A model generated the notes under the pieces. It had not been told where the DNA came from, ran no database searches, and worked only from the letters and a program-made list of their open reading frames with translations. A program made the position numbers and the translations under genes. From positions 224,001 to 288,000 of the forward strand of contig JAHPZH010000006.1 of assembly GCA_019058315.1 (NCBI GenBank): a stretch of 64,000 nucleotides of DNA, written 5' to 3'. Source of the DNA: Candidatus Helarchaeota archaeon. Its GTDB lineage: Archaea; Asgardarchaeota; Lokiarchaeia; Helarchaeales; RDOG01. Shown piece by piece: positions 18,933-29,649 of this stretch (its first letter is position 1; each line of letters begins with the position of its first letter).

Positions 18933-18966
18933 CGATGCCCCCTATCCATTTTAGGGGTCGTCATCG
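18933..18966 (-). promoter_or_regulatory. GC-rich 5'-leader hairpin directly upstream of the rps26e start codon
   Basis: CGATG/CATCG (18933-37/18962-66) and CCCCTA/TAGGGG (18939-44/18952-57) stems. Confidence 0.5.
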
Positions 18967-19040
18967 TGTATTTTTTGAACATCTTTAAACCTCAAAAAAA
19001 ATTTTATATTCTAATAATATTAATTTTTTTGCTTACTTAA

Positions 19041-19481
19041 TTGTTTTATAGGTCGTATATTGTTTTGGATAAAGAGGAATTAATTGAAGAATTTTTAAAA
19101 CTTGAAGGAATAGATGGAGAAATTGCATTAAAATTATACAATGCTGGTATAAAATCAATTTCTGATTTAAAATCATCAGATCCTCAAAATCTATCTGAAA
19201 AGATTGGTTATCCGATTAAATTAGTAAAATCTTGGATTAACTCAATTGTTAAATATGAACAACAAAAGAAATTTGAAAAAAGTGAAGAAATTATTATTAA
19301 ATTAAAAGATTCTTTAAATTGCAGTTATGAAATTGCAAAAACACTTCGAAATGTGGGCATTCTCAGTCTAGAAGACCTTACTAATGAAGATCCCGCTCAA
19401 TTGGCTGATGATGCTGAGATTGATTTGAAGTATATTAAATTATGGATTAAGAAAGCTAAAAAGATCTTAAAAAGTAAGTAA
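19041..19481 (+). CDS. Tandem helix-hairpin-helix protein (DUF4332-like)
   Basis: Two repeats of A..L.NAGI.S..DL...DP..L...W. Confidence 0.75.
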   Translation: MFYRSYIVLDKEELIEEFLKLEGIDGEIALKLYNAGIKSISDLKSSDPQNLSEKIGYPIKLVKSWINSIVKYEQQKKFEKSEEIIIKLKDSLNCSYEIAKTLRNVGILSLEDLTNEDPAQLADDAEIDLKYIKLWIKKAKKILKSK

Positions 19482-19570
19482 GTGAAATTAAAGTTAAGAC
19501 GAATGAATTTAAAATAAAAGAGATATAAAATTGATAAATAACACTCATTAAAAATGATGGAGGAATAGAA

Positions 19571-19912
19571 ATTAAAAAAATTAACCCAGCGATTAATCAA
19601 TTTTGTTTTGCTGAAAGATTAAAAGGTTTTATAATCATCTTAATTAATAATATTTTAAAATACTCAGATTATCTCCAAGCAAATAAAGAACTCTCTTCTG
19701 ATGATATTTTAAAATGGTTTCTTAATGATTTGGCTCGAGAAACAGAATTAGCTATTAATGTAACAAAAGGTACTCATTTCGAATCAGCACTACCTTTAAT
19801 TAATAAAGCAATTTCTGAAGTTCCTGAAAAAACTGAAGAGGCACTTAAGGATTTACGGGATGCCTTAACCAAAATTACTACACAAGCATCACAGGCATTC
19901 TCAAAGATATAA
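19571..19912 (+). CDS. Hypothetical protein, about 113 aa, probable ATT start (ORF track gives only the last 60 aa)
   Basis: Frame open from 19538 with no ATG/GTG/TTG before 19730; GGAGGA at 19559-64, then ATT at 19571. Confidence 0.55.
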   Translation: MKKINPAINQFCFAERLKGFIIILINNILKYSDYLQANKELSSDDILKWFLNDLARETELAINVTKGTHFESALPLINKAISEVPEKTEEALKDLRDALTKITTQASQAFSKI

Positions 19913-19933
19913 ACTACTTTTTATTGTTGATTC

Positions 19934-20830
19934 TTGATGTATGATCTTACAATTATAGGTCACTTTACCCTAGATTATTTCAAAGGAAGAGAAGAATCTC
20001 CAGATTATATACGAATTGGGGGAACATCCGTTTATGCTTCAAAAACTGCAAACCAATTGGGTAAGAATGCGGCTGTTATAAGTGCAAATGGTTCCGATTT
20101 TAATAAAGATTTCATAAAACCACTAAAAGATAGTGGTATAAATATTCATTTAATAAAAACTAAACAAAAATCAACTGCATTCGTTCATGAGTATATTAAA
20201 GGTGAGCGAAAGCTAACCTTAAAATCCCGTTGTAAAGTAATTAATCAATCAGATATCCCTGAGGAATTCCTAAATTCAAAATTATTCTATATCGGTGCTA
20301 TAGCAAATGAAGTAGATACAAGTGTTTTGAGTAAGATTTCAAAGACTAAGGCCCCTATTGCTTTGGATCTGCATGGCTTTGTAAGAAAATTTAATAAGAA
20401 AGGGGAAATGTCTGTGAATGATTGGCCAGAAGCTGAAAAATATCTTAAATATGTGACCTTTCTTAAAGGAACCGATAAAGAAGCAAGAGCCCTTACTGGC
20501 TTAAAGAATTTACAAGATATTGTTAGATTTATTTCTAGTATGGGACCAAAAGTTGTTATTCTTACTCTTGCAAAAAAAGGGAGTCTTATTTATTCAAATA
20601 ATCTTTCTCTCCAAATTCCGACTATCGCTTATGAAATTGTAGATGAAACAGGTGCAGGAGATACTTATTTCACAGCTTTTTTGTTGGATTACCTAGAAAA
20701 ACAAGATTTATATCATGCTGCCATTTACGGGGCAAGTGCTGCATCTTTTGTTATGGAAAAACAAGGACCATTTGGATTTGCAACACATGAAAAAATAGAG
20801 GAACGCGTCCAAGAATTTTTAAACAAATGA
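19934..20830 (+). CDS. PfkB family carbohydrate kinase
   Basis: IGGTSVYAS, DETGAGDTY. Confidence 0.92.
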   Translation: MMYDLTIIGHFTLDYFKGREESPDYIRIGGTSVYASKTANQLGKNAAVISANGSDFNKDFIKPLKDSGINIHLIKTKQKSTAFVHEYIKGERKLTLKSRCKVINQSDIPEEFLNSKLFYIGAIANEVDTSVLSKISKTKAPIALDLHGFVRKFNKKGEMSVNDWPEAEKYLKYVTFLKGTDKEARALTGLKNLQDIVRFISSMGPKVVILTLAKKGSLIYSNNLSLQIPTIAYEIVDETGAGDTYFTAFLLDYLEKQDLYHAAIYGASAASFVMEKQGPFGFATHEKIEERVQEFLNK

Positions 20831-20835
20831 GAAAA

Positions 20836-22284
20836 TCAATAAGCCTTGCCCAAATTTACTGTTTCAATTCCTTTTTTATCACAAATTGGACATTTTCCAG
20901 CTTTAATTTTCCATTTATCATCAATTGGAGTTCCTAAAACACCCACACCTACTCGTTCTTCTAATTCCAGAGCACATTCTTTTTCACCACACCATGAAAT
21001 TTGAACCATTCCAATATCTGATTCTAACAATTTTTTTGCATCATTAACATCTTTTGCAATACAAATTAATTCTGAAAAATTCTTTTCTGCCATTAAAGCC
21101 AGATTTTCTTGAATTTGATCTAGTATTTTTTTAACATCCTCAAATAATGAAGCAGAAATCGGAATTGTGCCTTTTTTTGATGTATCCCTTCGTGCATAAG
21201 TTATTTGCTTTTTTTCAACATCCTTTGGACCAATTTCTATTCTTAATGGGACTCCTTTCATTTCCCAATTATAGAACTTTTTACCTGGTTTTGCGTCTGA
21301 ATCGTCAATTTTAATCCTAAAACCCGCAGTTTTTAACCATTTATATACTTCTTTACTAACATCATTAACCTTGGCTTCTTTCCCCTTAAAAGTAATTGGA
21401 ATAATAATAATTTGAATTGGAGCTATTGATGGAGGGAGCCTCAACCCCGTGTCGTCTCCATGAACCGCAATTAGTGCCGCAATGGTGCGTTCTGAAATAC
21501 CATAACAAGTTTGATAAGCAAAATCTCGTCCACCATCTTTTGTCTCAAATTCAATTTCGAAAGTTTTTGCAAAAGTCTGACCTAAATTGTGAACTGTTCC
21601 TATTTGTAAACTACGACGATCTGGAGTAAGTGTATCAAAAGCTAAGGTATAAACTGCTCCCGGAAATTTGTCCCATTCGGGGCGTTTACTAATAATGAAT
21701 GATATTCCAAGTTGTTCAAAAAATCTTGAATAAACTTCGACCGCTTCTTTAACCTGTGCTTCTGCATCTTCCCAAGAACCATGCGCAGTGTGCGCCTCCT
21801 TGAAGGTGGTAATTTCTCGCACTCGAATTAGAGGTTTGGTTGCTTTAGTTTCGTATCTGAATACGCTTACAGCTTGATACACCTTTAATGGAAAATCAGC
21901 ATGAGAACGGATCCACTTGGCAAACATTGGATACATGGCTGTTTCGCTTGTCGGTCTCAAGGCGAGTTTCACATCAAGTTCAGTTCTACCACCATGAGTT
22001 ATCCAATAAACTTCATCTTCAAATCCTTTTACATGAATGGCTTCCTTTGCAAAAATATTATCTGGAATTAATAAAGGAAATAAAGTTTCATCATGCCCTG
22101 TTTCATCAAGTAAATCACGGATGATTTTTAATGTATTATTCCTTATTTTAAACCCATATGGTTGCCATACACCACAACCTTTTAGTGGATATCGATAATC
22201 TAAAATCTCAGCTTCTGAAATAATATCACTTAACCATTCACTAAAATTTTTTTTCCATTTACCTTTTTTTATTTCCGTCTGCAT
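20836..22284 (-). CDS. proS: Prolyl-tRNA synthetase, archaeal/eukaryotic type
   Basis: [33 protein letters not shown]-terminal AY. Confidence 0.97.
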   Translation of the reverse strand: MQTEIKKGKWKKNFSEWLSDIISEAEILDYRYPLKGCGVWQPYGFKIRNNTLKIIRDLLDETGHDETLFPLLIPDNIFAKEAIHVKGFEDEVYWITHGGRTELDVKLALRPTSETAMYPMFAKWIRSHADFPLKVYQAVSVFRYETKATKPLIRVREITTFKEAHTAHGSWEDAEAQVKEAVEVYSRFFEQLGISFIISKRPEWDKFPGAVYTLAFDTLTPDRRSLQIGTVHNLGQTFAKTFEIEFETKDGGRDFAYQTCYGISERTIAALIAVHGDDTGLRLPPSIAPIQIIIIPITFKGKEAKVNDVSKEVYKWLKTAGFRIKIDDSDAKPGKKFYNWEMKGVPLRIEIGPKDVEKKQITYARRDTSKKGTIPISASLFEDVKKILDQIQENLALMAEKNFSELICIAKDVNDAKKLLESDIGMVQISWCGEKECALELEERVGVGVLGTPIDDKWKIKAGKCPICDKKGIETVNLGKAY

Positions 22285-22392
22285 TGCATCCTATCCTTGA
22301 TGAATTTTATTTTTTAAATTAGCTTTATTTCTTCTCTCTAAATAAAAATTAAAGATCTTTATTTTACTTTTTGGGAGGGCATAGAAGTAAAA

Positions 22393-22818
22393 TCATGATT
22401 CAATAAATAAAGAAAGTAACCAAGCCCTAATTTGATTAATATTAGTAATTCTTTTTTGCTGAATTTGAACAAGATACAAAACTATGTTCTTTCCAATAAA
22501 ATCAATATCCTCAAGTTTGGAGGTATCAAAAAAATGATATCCATTTATTTCTAAAAATCGAACTGCTGATATCCATGCAACTCTTTTATGCCCATCAACA
22601 AAAGGTCGCGGTTTTGCAGTAACTAACTCTTTTATTAATACCGAGGCTTTCTCAAAAATATCCCCAGTATATTCTTTGGCTTTCTTAATTACTTCATCGA
22701 GTTTTTCTGTATTAGAAATTTTATGGACTCTACTATAATGCTTCATTATATTTTTGTAAATGTCTAAAATCTCATCTTTTTCAAGATAATTTATAGTTTG
22801 ATCTTTATGAATCGCCAC
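22393..22818 (-). CDS. Fic/Doc family protein with degenerate active site
   Basis: RPFVDGHKRVA versus canonical HPFxDGNKRxA. Confidence 0.75.
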   Translation of the reverse strand: MAIHKDQTINYLEKDEILDIYKNIMKHYSRVHKISNTEKLDEVIKKAKEYTGDIFEKASVLIKELVTAKPRPFVDGHKRVAWISAVRFLEINGYHFFDTSKLEDIDFIGKNIVLYLVQIQQKRITNINQIRAWLLSLFIES

Positions 22819-22908
22819 AATTTTATTATAATTTTTATTTTATTATTTTATATACAGAAATAGACAAATAATTATTAATGTGGACAATGCTCGGATTGGG
22901 TTCTTTTT

Positions 22909-23358
22909 ATGGATGAAGATAAAAAAGAAAGAAAACGAAGAAAAAAAGCATTTTGGAAACCACGACGTCCACCTTTACTACCAATAAAGCAACCACCACA
23001 TCCCCCTGATAAATTTTTTGAAAATCCTTTGAAGATCTTAAAAATTTTTGATCCTCTTGGTATTACAGATATTGTCCAATACATTCGAAATGAGAAATTT
23101 CTAATCGAAGAAAGGTTTAAATACTCAAGAGAACGTTTAAAACAATTTATTGATTCTGTAATGAATTTCTTTGATTTAGACTTCTTTTCTGATAAATTAT
23201 TTATTTATGTTCAAAAAATTTTAAATCGATTCCTTGCAAAATCATATAAAATCGAACTCGATATCGGAGGGGTTAAAAAAATAGTATTTGAACTGTATCC
23301 TATTCGTAAACTTTTAAATGAACATAGAAACGTTATAGATGTTCTATCTCGGTATTGA
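22909..23358 (+). CDS. Hypothetical protein with basic, Pro-rich N-terminus
   Basis: ORF only. Confidence 0.6.
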   Translation: MDEDKKERKRRKKAFWKPRRPPLLPIKQPPHPPDKFFENPLKILKIFDPLGITDIVQYIRNEKFLIEERFKYSRERLKQFIDSVMNFFDLDFFSDKLFIYVQKILNRFLAKSYKIELDIGGVKKIVFELYPIRKLLNEHRNVIDVLSRY

Positions 23359-23391
23359 GTGATATATCAAAAGCCAGAGGAGTGTAAATAA

Positions 23392-23655
23392 ATGATTGAA
23401 TATATCGAGAACTCTGGAGAATCTATGGAAACAGCTATAATAATTAAGAATGCACCAAACCACTTTAATGGAGTCAATGCCGAATATATTTATCTATCCA
23501 AGAAATTTGGTATCAAAGGAAAGGATTGGAGACTGAAGCAACAATCTTTGCTCCCGAAAAATGAAAAACATTTTGATAAAATGGAAATTATATTAGCTGA
23601 CGGATCTGAAAAGACGATATATTTCGATATTACTGAATTTTATGGGAAATTTTAA
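23392..23655 (+). CDS. Small hypothetical protein
   Basis: GAGGAG SD upstream; C-terminal IYFDITEFYGK. Confidence 0.7.
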   Translation: MIEYIENSGESMETAIIIKNAPNHFNGVNAEYIYLSKKFGIKGKDWRLKQQSLLPKNEKHFDKMEIILADGSEKTIYFDITEFYGKF

Positions 23656-23715
23656 TTCTTTGCTAAAAATTATTGATTCTTGTAATCATTAACCATACTT
23701 AACTAGTGAATTATT

Positions 23716-24255
23716 ATGAGTCATAGAATATGGGATGAAGAAGAATATGAGTGGAATGAAGATCTTCAAAATTGGATATGCGAAGAAAAAAAATTACTAT
23801 TGGATGGTAAAGAAATTCAAAGATTAATAACAACAACGGATATTGTATTTTACTTATTTAATGGTAAAGAATCTGAAATTATTTATGAAGATTTTGAAAT
23901 TGCATCGATTACAGAGCTAAAATATATACGGGGGGAACCAGGAATTTGGAGAATATTCCTTGCAAATAGTTTAAATGATGAACCCGAACTTATCTACATT
24001 AAAATCCCAAATTCTGAAAAAAAAATAACCTTATCTTATCTTAAAAAATCAGAGGCTATGAAACAGGTTGAACAATGGATTCCAAATCTAATCAAAGGAA
24101 ACTTAGCTCAAGATCCAGAATTTAATCAATTTCTAAGAGATTATTTACAGACTAAAGAAGGTAAATTTTTATCGAAAATGGTTGAGGGTAATTGGCTCCA
24201 AGATCCAAAATATAAGTCAACTATACTTAAATTTCTCAAAAAACGGAGTTATTAA
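23716..24255 (+). CDS. Hypothetical protein
   Basis: ORF only. Confidence 0.65.
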   Translation: MSHRIWDEEEYEWNEDLQNWICEEKKLLLDGKEIQRLITTTDIVFYLFNGKESEIIYEDFEIASITELKYIRGEPGIWRIFLANSLNDEPELIYIKIPNSEKKITLSYLKKSEAMKQVEQWIPNLIKGNLAQDPEFNQFLRDYLQTKEGKFLSKMVEGNWLQDPKYKSTILKFLKKRSY

Positions 24256-24338
24256 AAATTTGGTTGGTGATCTTTCAAAGTATCTTAGCAGATGTAGCAA
24301 TTATTTTAGTGATAATAATAAAAAGAGGATATAAATAA

Positions 24339-25277
24339 TCAAATATTTTCCTGTTTTCTTAATGATTTAATATTTTTTTTTGGAGGAACTGCATTAATAT
24401 TTCTTTTTTCATCATAGTAAAGCAGATAATTTTTTCCTACTAATCTCTCAATCCAATCGTGATATTTTGGATTTCTATCCTTTAACCATCTTAAAGCTCT
24501 ATAAATGGTATATATTAAATATTTTTGCTCTTTTTGACTTAAATTTTCTTTTTCTTTCAACCAATCCTCTGTTAATTTTAAAATTTTATCAGGCATATAT
24601 TTTGTCAAATCTTTAAGGTTGTTACCTACTGCCTTTCGGACATAAATTGACTCATCATGATTTAAAAATGTTAAAATTTTTAGAATCTCATCATTTTGTG
24701 TTGAATCCCTCAACCATTTTACTTCAGCTTTCGGTCTTAAGCTTTCAGCAACAAATCTTCTAATATTAGGATTTTCACTATCTACCCAGCTTGATAGCAA
24801 ATCAAGAGCTTTTTTCTGATTATTCTTTAATCCTGATAATAGTGGATAAATAGCATTTTCTCGGATTTCCCAATCTTCATTATTTGCCCATATTTCAATT
24901 TTTTCGATGGTATTATCAAAAAAATCTAAAGCAAAATTTGAGGTTAAATGAATGCTTAATACTAGAGTGTCATTTATCGCTTCGAGGATTTCAATTGCTC
25001 CTGAAACAGATTTTATAAATTTCTCTTCGTTAATTTTTCCCTTCTGACTACCCAAATATTTCTTTTTTAGATATTTATAAAGAGCTTTAGCTACAATTTT
25101 TGAAATATAAACTCTACCTTTTCCTATTCTTTCTTTTTCTGGGATTGTGTCATATTCTTTTTTTAAATACTCTATAATAAGCGAAACTTGAGATCGATTG
25201 AAGCTATTGAGGTTCAGTTTATTAAATATAGCTATAGCACGCTTTGATATTTCAGAAGCTGAACTTATAGATACCAA
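24339..25277 (-). CDS. DNA alkylation repair (AlkC/AlkD-like) HEAT-repeat protein
   Basis: WANNEDWEIRE, NIRRFVAESLRP, DESIYVRKAVGNNLKD. Confidence 0.8.
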   Translation of the reverse strand: MVSISSASEISKRAIAIFNKLNLNSFNRSQVSLIIEYLKKEYDTIPEKERIGKGRVYISKIVAKALYKYLKKKYLGSQKGKINEEKFIKSVSGAIEILEAINDTLVLSIHLTSNFALDFFDNTIEKIEIWANNEDWEIRENAIYPLLSGLKNNQKKALDLLSSWVDSENPNIRRFVAESLRPKAEVKWLRDSTQNDEILKILTFLNHDESIYVRKAVGNNLKDLTKYMPDKILKLTEDWLKEKENLSQKEQKYLIYTIYRALRWLKDRNPKYHDWIERLVGKNYLLYYDEKRNINAVPPKKNIKSLRKQENI

Positions 25278-25444
25278 TTCAATCAGATTCTTTGATTTTA
25301 ATGAAAAATTTGTTGCAATTATATACTCACAATCTTTGTCTGTTAAATTTTATGACTTTGATCCCTATACAAAAGATTTATATGCGCAAAATTTATATAA
25401 ATTTTAGATTTATATAAAAATTGAAATTAAAAAAAGTGAAAAAA

Positions 25445-26872
25445 ATGACTGAAGAAAAAATTCCGAAAGAAAAAACAACAACAAGAAATGTAGATGAAAT
25501 ACGAGAAACTTGGTTTTCAAAATTTTTTGCGTCAAAAATAGCTTTGATTATTCATTTGTTCGCATATCTGTCAGTTAATGGTCTTTGTTACATGTTAAAT
25601 CTAATGTTTTGGAACGGGCGTCTCTGGGCATGGCATGTAAGTCTCGGATGGGGCATAGGACTATCGGTTTACCTCGGGTTCTATTACATCTTCACCAGTG
25701 GTATAAAAAGTATCACTAAAGCTATATTTTTAATACATCTGATAGTTTATACAACGGTTAATGTCTATTTGACTTTAATTAACTTTGTTTACATGGCTTC
25801 ATGGCCTGGTGTTTTATGGGCTCATATTCCTGCCTTGTTATGGGGATTTGCTGTTATGATGAACTTCGTTTTAACCATTATGATATCAGGAAAGGGATTA
25901 TCGGCTGCAGAAATTAGAAAAAATGTGACGGGAATACTATTGTTAACCAATATTGGTTATTATGGCATCGTAAACGCTTTATTATATGCTCTAGGTAAAT
26001 ATGCCACAGTATATCATTTAGCTGTTGGAACTTTGCTCTACTGGGGTATTGCAGTTCTTGCTCATGCTGGTATTACGCTCCTATATAATTATGTAGAAGG
26101 CGTTAGTGGTGCTAAAAAAGGAGTAATTCTACACGCAATCATATTTGGACTTTCAGGTTTGATCAATGTTATTGATATCACGTTTTTTAGTGAATATATG
26201 CTATTTTATACTACAAGGGTTAACGGATTCTTAATTTCTGTTGGAATTTGGGCATTAGTAATTGCAGCACATGCATTCTTAGCAATAAGATGGGATCAAA
26301 CAGGTGGAGATGTTAAAGATTTAATGAAATGGCTTTTAATTATGCATCTTGCAGTATATTGTGCTAGTGTTGGATATATGCTATTCTTAAATTTTAGCAT
26401 CTGGGAAGGCAGATTTTGGGTTCCGACGGCTGCTTTAGGATGGGCTATAGGACTAAGCTTACATGGTCTCTATTATATTATTGTAAAAACTGATGAAACA
26501 AATATCATGAAAATTTCCCTATTGCTTCATTTGATAGCTTATATTGGTACGATGGTGTTATTAATCTGGCTCAATCTCGCTATCTGGCAAGGACGTTTTT
26601 GGGTCCCAACAGTAGCATTAGGATGGGGAGTCGGTTTAGCAGCACATACAACGATTTATCTACTTAATAAAAACAACATGTTTACCTCTGAAAATGGTCT
26701 AAAAGCTTCGGTTTTCTTACATTTAACTGCTTATATTGCTGTTGCAGCCCTATTGATATGGTCGAATCTTTCTATGTGGGAAGGTAGACTTTGGTTTCCA
26801 ATTGCATTAGCAGGCTGGGGTATTGGCTTGGGATCTCATATTCTCGTAAATTATTTCATCACAAGGAGATGA
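25445..26872 (+). CDS. Polytopic membrane protein with about 7 tandem 2TM-type modules
   Basis: Repeated HLxxY...N...W.GR.W...GWG.GL..H; start ATG 25445 or TTG 25421. Confidence 0.8.
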   Translation: MTEEKIPKEKTTTRNVDEIRETWFSKFFASKIALIIHLFAYLSVNGLCYMLNLMFWNGRLWAWHVSLGWGIGLSVYLGFYYIFTSGIKSITKAIFLIHLIVYTTVNVYLTLINFVYMASWPGVLWAHIPALLWGFAVMMNFVLTIMISGKGLSAAEIRKNVTGILLLTNIGYYGIVNALLYALGKYATVYHLAVGTLLYWGIAVLAHAGITLLYNYVEGVSGAKKGVILHAIIFGLSGLINVIDITFFSEYMLFYTTRVNGFLISVGIWALVIAAHAFLAIRWDQTGGDVKDLMKWLLIMHLAVYCASVGYMLFLNFSIWEGRFWVPTAALGWAIGLSLHGLYYIIVKTDETNIMKISLLLHLIAYIGTMVLLIWLNLAIWQGRFWVPTVALGWGVGLAAHTTIYLLNKNNMFTSENGLKASVFLHLTAYIAVAALLIWSNLSMWEGRLWFPIALAGWGIGLGSHILVNYFITRR

Positions 26873-26920
26873 AAACAAAATCAATTCTTTTTTTTTATTT
26901 TAATAAAAGGTGATTAAAAA

Positions 26921-27391
26921 ATGAATAATTTAGAAATTCCTAAGGTGCCTGTAATTAAAAGCAAAGCACCTGACGATACTGGATCTAAAAAGAAATATAA
27001 GGTGGATTGGTTCACAAAAACTTTTTCAGCTGATTTAACATTGTATCTTCATTTATTCGTATATGCTTCAGTAATTGGACTTTGTTTAATGTTAAATTTA
27101 ATGCATTTTAATGGAAGGCTATGGACAATTACAGCGGCGCTCGGATGGCTAGTTGGCTTGTCTACTCATTTTACATTATATTTACTCTTCAAAGAAGATA
27201 TGTTAAACAAAGAAGAAGGACTCGAAGGATCTTTCTATATTCACTTATCGATATACATTTCGACTAACATTCTTATGATCTGGAGTAATTTAGCAAATTT
27301 TGAAGGTTGGTTGTGGTTCCCCATTGCAGCAGCTGGATGGGGAATTGGCTTAGGTGTGCATTTTCTCATATCTCGATATGCAGAAGTCTAA
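26921..27391 (+). CDS. 2TM-domain membrane protein with 2 modules, paralog of the preceding gene
   Basis: Aligns to the first and last modules of the upstream protein. Confidence 0.8.
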   Translation: MNNLEIPKVPVIKSKAPDDTGSKKKYKVDWFTKTFSADLTLYLHLFVYASVIGLCLMLNLMHFNGRLWTITAALGWLVGLSTHFTLYLLFKEDMLNKEEGLEGSFYIHLSIYISTNILMIWSNLANFEGWLWFPIAAAGWGIGLGVHFLISRYAEV

Positions 27392-27429
27392 ATTAAAATA
27401 TCTCTTTTTTATCTTTTTTTTTTAAAATA

Positions 27430-28380
27430 TTGTGTATTAAAATGACTAAAATAAGCAAAGTGAATTCTAAAAATAATAGTAATCAACAAAAAGATAGAAA
27501 TAATTCAAACAAAGATGATCAAACACAAACTTCAGATCCTGTAATTATTAGATTTTGGCAACGGATTCCCCTCTTGATCCGGGCTACAATTTTAGGAATA
27601 TTTGTCAGTATGATTGGTATTTACTCTTGGTTAATACCTGCATCCTTTATTCCCGCACCTTGGATATTCTTCATTATAGCTGGTGTGCTATGGATCTATT
27701 GGAAATATTTTCGTGGAAGTTGGTGGCCTAAGTCCACGGAAACTGCTAGAATAGAATATTCGCGTTCAAAAAAAATGTCAGCTCCTGTTTTGAAGTGGGG
27801 TTTATTAGCAGCGATAATCTTCGTAATTCTTGCACAATCTAGCTTGGTAGTTACTTTCAGAATCATCCCATTTCCTGCTGAAGCATTTACATCAGGGAAT
27901 AAGTACTTAAATACCATGCCTGGTTGGCTTGCTTGGGTGATTATTAGCATCAATTCGTTAGTAGCAGGTATTTGTGAAGAAACTGGAATTCGTGGATACG
28001 CACAAGTTCCCATGGAGAAGCGTTATGGACCAGTAGTAGGAATCACTTTTTCTTCAATTTTGTTCCTCCTTATCCACGTGAATCAGGCTTGGTTTCTTCC
28101 AATTTTCATTCAAGTTTTTTGTCTTGGCATGATCTTGGGAATTCTAGCCTATACATCTGATTCCTTAATACCGGGCATAATTGCTCATTCAATCATGGAT
28201 GTTGTTAATTTTTCATACTGGTGGTCTGATATTGCGGGAAAATTTGAAGGAAGACCGATTTCTGAAACTGGAATTGATTTTATTTTTATCCTATCGCTTC
28301 TAATCTTTGTCTCATCTTCAGTGCTGTTTTTTTGGACTAACCGAAAAATAATGGCTGCTCGTAATGAAATGTCTTTGTAA
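27430..28380 (+). CDS. CPBP family intramembrane metalloprotease (CAAX/Abi)
   Basis: EETGIRG, FLLIH, AHSIMD. Confidence 0.88.
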   Translation: MCIKMTKISKVNSKNNSNQQKDRNNSNKDDQTQTSDPVIIRFWQRIPLLIRATILGIFVSMIGIYSWLIPASFIPAPWIFFIIAGVLWIYWKYFRGSWWPKSTETARIEYSRSKKMSAPVLKWGLLAAIIFVILAQSSLVVTFRIIPFPAEAFTSGNKYLNTMPGWLAWVIISINSLVAGICEETGIRGYAQVPMEKRYGPVVGITFSSILFLLIHVNQAWFLPIFIQVFCLGMILGILAYTSDSLIPGIIAHSIMDVVNFSYWWSDIAGKFEGRPISETGIDFIFILSLLIFVSSSVLFFWTNRKIMAARNEMSL

Positions 28381-28581
28381 TTGTCTTAATTTTATTTTTT
28401 TTCTTTTTATTTTTAAATAGACTTTTTTTACATTTCTCAATAGACTTAAACTCAATTTTTATTCAAATTAGAAATTGTAATTAATATTATAAAATATCTT
28501 TAAAAATACAAAAAAATCAACGTTATAACAAGATTTTCCATTTTATTTCCCAACCTATGTTAAATTAAAAAGGAAAGGAAT

Positions 28582-29601
28582 GTGATAAAAATTTTCATAA
28601 AAGAAAATTGCAATTATTGTGGCGATTGTCTAGCTCGTTGTCAATATTTAGGATATGATACTGAAAAAGCAATTGCAGAATTCAAAAAATTAGTGGATGA
28701 CCAAGAAACCCCTGTATTGAGTGATTGTGTCACTTGTTATGCATGTAACGAATATTGTCCCAAAGATGCAAACCCCTTTGACCTTATAGTCCAAAGACAA
28801 GAGGAACATAACTCAGTAAATATACCAGAAGGAATGAAACAGATGATTGCAGATCAACTTAAGCCTCCAGGTTTAAAAGGACCAATAGATACAGAAGGAA
28901 AGATGGTAATGTCAATCTGTGTATTTGCAGACCATCCTAAATTCTATGAAGGACAATTATTTAAAGATTTAAAGTTAATTAGCGGTCGAAATTTTTTCTG
29001 TAATCTTTTATATCTTCATACTGGTCAAGAATCTGTAATAAAACAAAGAGCTCAAACCATAATTGACAATCTTGCAAGTCTAAATGTTCCCGAAATTATT
29101 TTCTTCCATGACGAATGTTATGCATTCACGACAAAATATGCACCAGGATTAGGAATTAATGTCCCATTCAATTCGATTCATCTTTACGAATATCTTTATG
29201 GTTATCTAAAACATAATAAGGATAAAATAAAGAAGCTTGGGCTGAAGATAGCATTACAAAGGTCATGTTCTAACAGGTTTAACCCCGAAGTCGACCATTT
29301 TGTTGATGATATCTGTGAGCTTATTGGTGTTGAGCGAGTTGCACGAGAATATGATCGTGAAAATGCATTATGTTGTACTGCCCCTCAAGGTCAGTTAGGG
29401 AAAGGCGATATGGCAAAGGAAAATATTAAGCGAAATATGGATGATGCTGTAAAACATGGAGCACAAGCTATGGTTACCATGTGTCCAATGTGTTATGATA
29501 CTTTAAAACGCCCAATTAGAAAAGCTGGAATGAAAAAGCTTTTCATCCACGAACTAGTTAGATTAGCATTGGGTGAGCTTGATTTCGAGACTTTAAAATA
29601 A
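28582..29601 (+). CDS. Fe-S oxidoreductase (ferredoxin + CCG-like domain, HdrD/GlcF-like)
   Basis: CNYCGDCLARC, CVTCYACNEYCP, LCC, CPMC. Confidence 0.8.
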   Translation: MIKIFIKENCNYCGDCLARCQYLGYDTEKAIAEFKKLVDDQETPVLSDCVTCYACNEYCPKDANPFDLIVQRQEEHNSVNIPEGMKQMIADQLKPPGLKGPIDTEGKMVMSICVFADHPKFYEGQLFKDLKLISGRNFFCNLLYLHTGQESVIKQRAQTIIDNLASLNVPEIIFFHDECYAFTTKYAPGLGINVPFNSIHLYEYLYGYLKHNKDKIKKLGLKIALQRSCSNRFNPEVDHFVDDICELIGVERVAREYDRENALCCTAPQGQLGKGDMAKENIKRNMDDAVKHGAQAMVTMCPMCYDTLKRPIRKAGMKKLFIHELVRLALGELDFETLK

Positions 29602-29649
29602 TTTTTTTTTATTTTTAAGAATTTTTAAAAATTTTATAAGGTTAAAAAA

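Noticed and set aside
18931-18970. SECIS element or K-turn (AUGA...AAA...GA)
   Set aside because: Stem length and GA-quartet register do not fit, there is no D-box, and no UGA-interrupted gene lies nearby.
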